Part shown: in pieces, positions 61,011 to 64,000 of the stretch
Numbering within the stretch: the first letter of the stretch is position 1
How the letters are laid out: every line of letters starts with the position of its first letter
From: an uncultured Prochlorococcus sp.
GTDB lineage: Bacteria; Cyanobacteriota; Cyanobacteriia; PCC-6307; Cyanobiaceae
NCBI GenBank assembly: GCA_902538515.1
Contig: CACBFH010000002.1
Location: 20,893 to 84,892 of the forward strand
DNA length: 64,000 nucleotides
Reading direction: 5' to 3'
Notes under the pieces: generated by a model
What the model saw: only the letters and a program-made list of their open reading frames with translations
The model's database searches: none
What the model was told of the DNA's origin: nothing
Made by a program: the position numbers and the translations under genes

Positions 61011-63617
61011 ATGAACAATCCAATAACCCAAAAAAGTATTTCAAGATATGTAAAACTTGAAGATTACAAGGTTTTTGATTATGAAATTCCAGAAATCTTT
61101 TTGGACTTCGTAATTAAGAAAAATGCTGTAATTGTTACGACCAAACTAAAATTTGTAAAAAAAAATAAGAATACCAGAAATCTAATTCTTGATGGTACGG
61201 ATATATTAATAAAGAAAATATTTATAGATGACTCATTACTAGAAGAGGAATACTACAAACAGCAAAAAAATAACTTAAAAATTAAAAATATAAATAAAGA
61301 TAATTTTTTATTAAAAATAGAAGGAATAATTAAACCAAAGGAAAATATATCCCTTTTAGGAATGTATGAGAGTAATGGAATTATAACTACGCAATGTGAG
61401 GCAGAGGGATTTAGAAGAATAAGTTTTCACTCTGATAGGCCTGATGTTCTAAGCAAATACACTGTAAGAATTGAGGCCGACAAGAATGATTATCCCGTTT
61501 TACTTTCAAATGGTAACATCGTGAAAGAAAATGATCTTACAAATAATCGACATGAAATAATTTGGGAAGACCCATATCCGAAACCCTCATATCTATTTGC
61601 ATTGGTGGCGGGTAAACTTAATTGTGTAAGAGATAATTTCATAACAAAATCGAATAATAAAGTAAAAATAAATATTTATGTTGAGTATGGTGATGAAAAA
61701 TATGTCCAACATGCAATAAGTTCCTTAAAGAAATCCATGAGCTGGGACGAAGATAAATATAACCTTGAATACGATTTGTCAATGTTCAATATAGTTGCAA
61801 TCAGGCACTTTAATATGGGAGCGATGGAAAATAAAAGTCTCAATATTTTCAACTCAAAACTAATACTCGCCAATTCCGAAACAACAACTGATGAGGAATT
61901 AGAGAGAATAGAGGGTGTGATCGCCCATGAATACTTCCATAATTGGACTGGTAATAGAGTGACTTGTAGGGATTGGTTTCAATTATCTCTTAAAGAGGGT
62001 TTAACAGTCTTCAGAGATCAACAGTTCACAGCAGACCTTCATAATCATGAAATCAAGAGACTGGAGGATGCAAAATTTCTTAGAAGAAATCAATTTAGAG
62101 AGGATTCTGGTCCAACATCGCATCCTGTAATGCCAGAAAGATACCAAGAAATAGACAATTTCTACACGACCACGATTTACGAGAAAGGTTCAGAAATAAT
62201 TAGAATGCTTAATAAGCTTGTAAAAGATAAAAATTTCTATAAAGGATTTAGTAATTACATCTCAACATATGATGGAAAGGCAGCAACAATAGACCAATTT
62301 GTCGATAAAATTTTAGAGCACAATAAGGAAATCGATCCTGAAAAGTTTAAAATCTGGTACAAGCAAAATGGGACCCCAAAAATTAAATTCAAGAGAATCT
62401 GGGATCAAACAGGAGAAAAACTTACAATTGAAGCCTCTCAAAGTAATCCAATAAAGAAGAACTCATATAATGATTTACCTCTAATAATTCCTATAAATCT
62501 GGCTATATTTTGCAGTGAGAATAAAAAAATAGAAAAAACAGTTGTTTTAAAAACAAAAAAACAAGAATTTATTTTTAGGGATGTTAGATCTTACCTCCAA
62601 ATCCCTTTAGTAACTTATTTTCGCGAATTCTCTTCACCTGTTGAGTGGGAATCAGACACTACCTTGGATGAAAAATTTTTAATCTTAAAATATGAAAAAG
62701 ATTTTTTTATACTATCTAATACGGTAAGAGAAATATTTAAAAAAATCATTTTATGCAGATTAGATGAAAAGCCAGATCACAAAGTTGAAAATAAATTAAT
62801 AAGCAATTTAATATCATTTTTAAAAAATAAACATACAAATTTGTCTCTTTTATCAGAATTATTAAGTATTCCGACATTTGCTGAAATTGAACCAGAGATG
62901 GAAAATATAGAACCTTTAAAGATATATAAAATTATTGACGAATTAAATCATTTATTTGGTACCAAATTAAAAGAAGAATTATATTTTAAGCTCCAAGAAA
63001 TAGAGAAAAATCTAGATAGAATTTGGCCAGAAGGCAAAAATGAAAGAAAACTAATCGAAACTATTTGGAAACTACTCTTGCACAGTAATGATGAGGAAAT
63101 TAAATGCAAAATAATTAATTATGTCGATAGTAATTCGATGACGCTAGCAAAAGCAGCATTGAATTCTTTCAGTAGGATTAATTGTCCTGAAAGAAAAATT
63201 ATTTCAAATATATTCTTCAATAAATGGAAAAATAATAGTGTCGTTCTGGATAGTTGGTTCTCATTCAATGCATCTGTAGAAACCGATCAAAAAGTAAACA
63301 GCATTGAAAAATTATTTGAAAATAAATTTTTTGATTTAAAATCACCAAATACTTTAAGAGCTATATTAAATACTTTCGTAACAAGAAATAGTACTTTTCA
63401 TGCAATGGATGGTTCTGGTTATAAATATATTGCAAAAAAGATAATTGACTTTGATAAATTAAATCCAATCGTAATTTCCCGTTTTGTGAAAGTATTTAGT
63501 AAATTCAATTACTATTCAGACCCTTACAAAAGTAATATGGTAGAAACAATAAAGCAGATTAAAAAAAATAAACTATCGACAAATACTAAAGAAGTATTAG
63601 ATGCAATAATAGAGTGA
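61011..63617 (+). CDS. pepN: Aminopeptidase N (M1 family)
   Basis: TQCEAEGFRRI, GAMEN, HEYFH-x18-E zinc motif. Confidence 0.97.
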   Translation: MNNPITQKSISRYVKLEDYKVFDYEIPEIFLDFVIKKNAVIVTTKLKFVKKNKNTRNLILDGTDILIKKIFIDDSLLEEEYYKQQKNNLKIKNINKDNFLLKIEGIIKPKENISLLGMYESNGIITTQCEAEGFRRISFHSDRPDVLSKYTVRIEADKNDYPVLLSNGNIVKENDLTNNRHEIIWEDPYPKPSYLFALVAGKLNCVRDNFITKSNNKVKINIYVEYGDEKYVQHAISSLKKSMSWDEDKYNLEYDLSMFNIVAIRHFNMGAMENKSLNIFNSKLILANSETTTDEELERIEGVIAHEYFHNWTGNRVTCRDWFQLSLKEGLTVFRDQQFTADLHNHEIKRLEDAKFLRRNQFREDSGPTSHPVMPERYQEIDNFYTTTIYEKGSEIIRMLNKLVKDKNFYKGFSNYISTYDGKAATIDQFVDKILEHNKEIDPEKFKIWYKQNGTPKIKFKRIWDQTGEKLTIEASQSNPIKKNSYNDLPLIIPINLAIFCSENKKIEKTVVLKTKKQEFIFRDVRSYLQIPLVTYFREFSSPVEWESDTTLDEKFLILKYEKDFFILSNTVREIFKKIILCRLDEKPDHKVENKLISNLISFLKNKHTNLSLLSELLSIPTFAEIEPEMENIEPLKIYKIIDELNHLFGTKLKEELYFKLQEIEKNLDRIWPEGKNERKLIETIWKLLLHSNDEEIKCKIINYVDSNSMTLAKAALNSFSRINCPERKIISNIFFNKWKNNSVVLDSWFSFNASVETDQKVNSIEKLFENKFFDLKSPNTLRAILNTFVTRNSTFHAMDGSGYKYIAKKIIDFDKLNPIVISRFVKVFSKFNYYSDPYKSNMVETIKQIKKNKLSTNTKEVLDAIIE

Positions 63618-63631
63618 TTAATTGATATTAT

Positions 63632-63853
63632 TTAACTAAATATGATAATAAAAGTTGTAAATATTAAAAATAAAATAAATATAAGATACTTATTAATAAA
63701 AATATAATCAAATACATTTTTATTGTTATTATTATTCCACTTTTTATTTACGTACTCCTTAGTTATAAATTTATTAGGTCTGCCACAATATAAACATGTT
63801 GGGGAAGTTTTTAAAATTAAATTTTTACATTGGGGGCACTTTTTTTTTTCCAT
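63632..63853 (-). CDS. Small zinc-ribbon protein with C-terminal TM
   Basis: CPQC-x9-CLYCG plus hydrophobic C-terminus. Confidence 0.7.
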   Translation of the reverse strand: MEKKKCPQCKNLILKTSPTCLYCGRPNKFITKEYVNKKWNNNNNKNVFDYIFINKYLIFILFLIFTTFIIIFS

Positions 63854-64000
63854 AATTTAATTTTACTGAATAAAATTGAAATCAGAAAAAATAAATAAAA
63901 TAAGTATTTTTAATTTTAATTATTATACTTTGAATAATAAAATATTATTGCAAAAAAAAATTTGATTCTAGCTATTAGAAAAAATTCAATATAATGGAAA

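Overview
Very AT-rich picocyanobacterial chromosome segment. Gene content (chlH, acsF, psb30, petP, ndhV-like, carB, mfd) and dense packing point to a high-light Prochlorococcus marinus strain (inference). Layout: (i) cobU end, trmL, tRNA-Met(CAT), then a ~4.3 kb accessory patch (671-4958) of tiny ORFs, a ribbon-helix-helix-like gene and GC-rich intergenic hairpins; (ii) a core block (4959-41886) from peroxiredoxin to asparaginase; (iii) tRNA-fMet, then a mixed region (42012-64000) with petP, an ABC exporter, an HNH protein, a PRTase plus nucleoside deoxyribosyltransferase pair, rpsU, many small hypotheticals and pepN. I saw no CRISPR array, integrase, transposase, prophage or rRNA, and no large obvious novel operon. 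The best leads are an apparent dispersed family of 4-5 helical microproteins (mostly missing from the ORF track), an RHH-like gene bracketed by three copies of an 11-bp palindrome, three candidate small RNAs, an FtsH and an RNase R-like protein lacking catalytic residues, and a gene that seems to need a non-canonical start. All family assignments come from recognising motifs by eye, not database searches.
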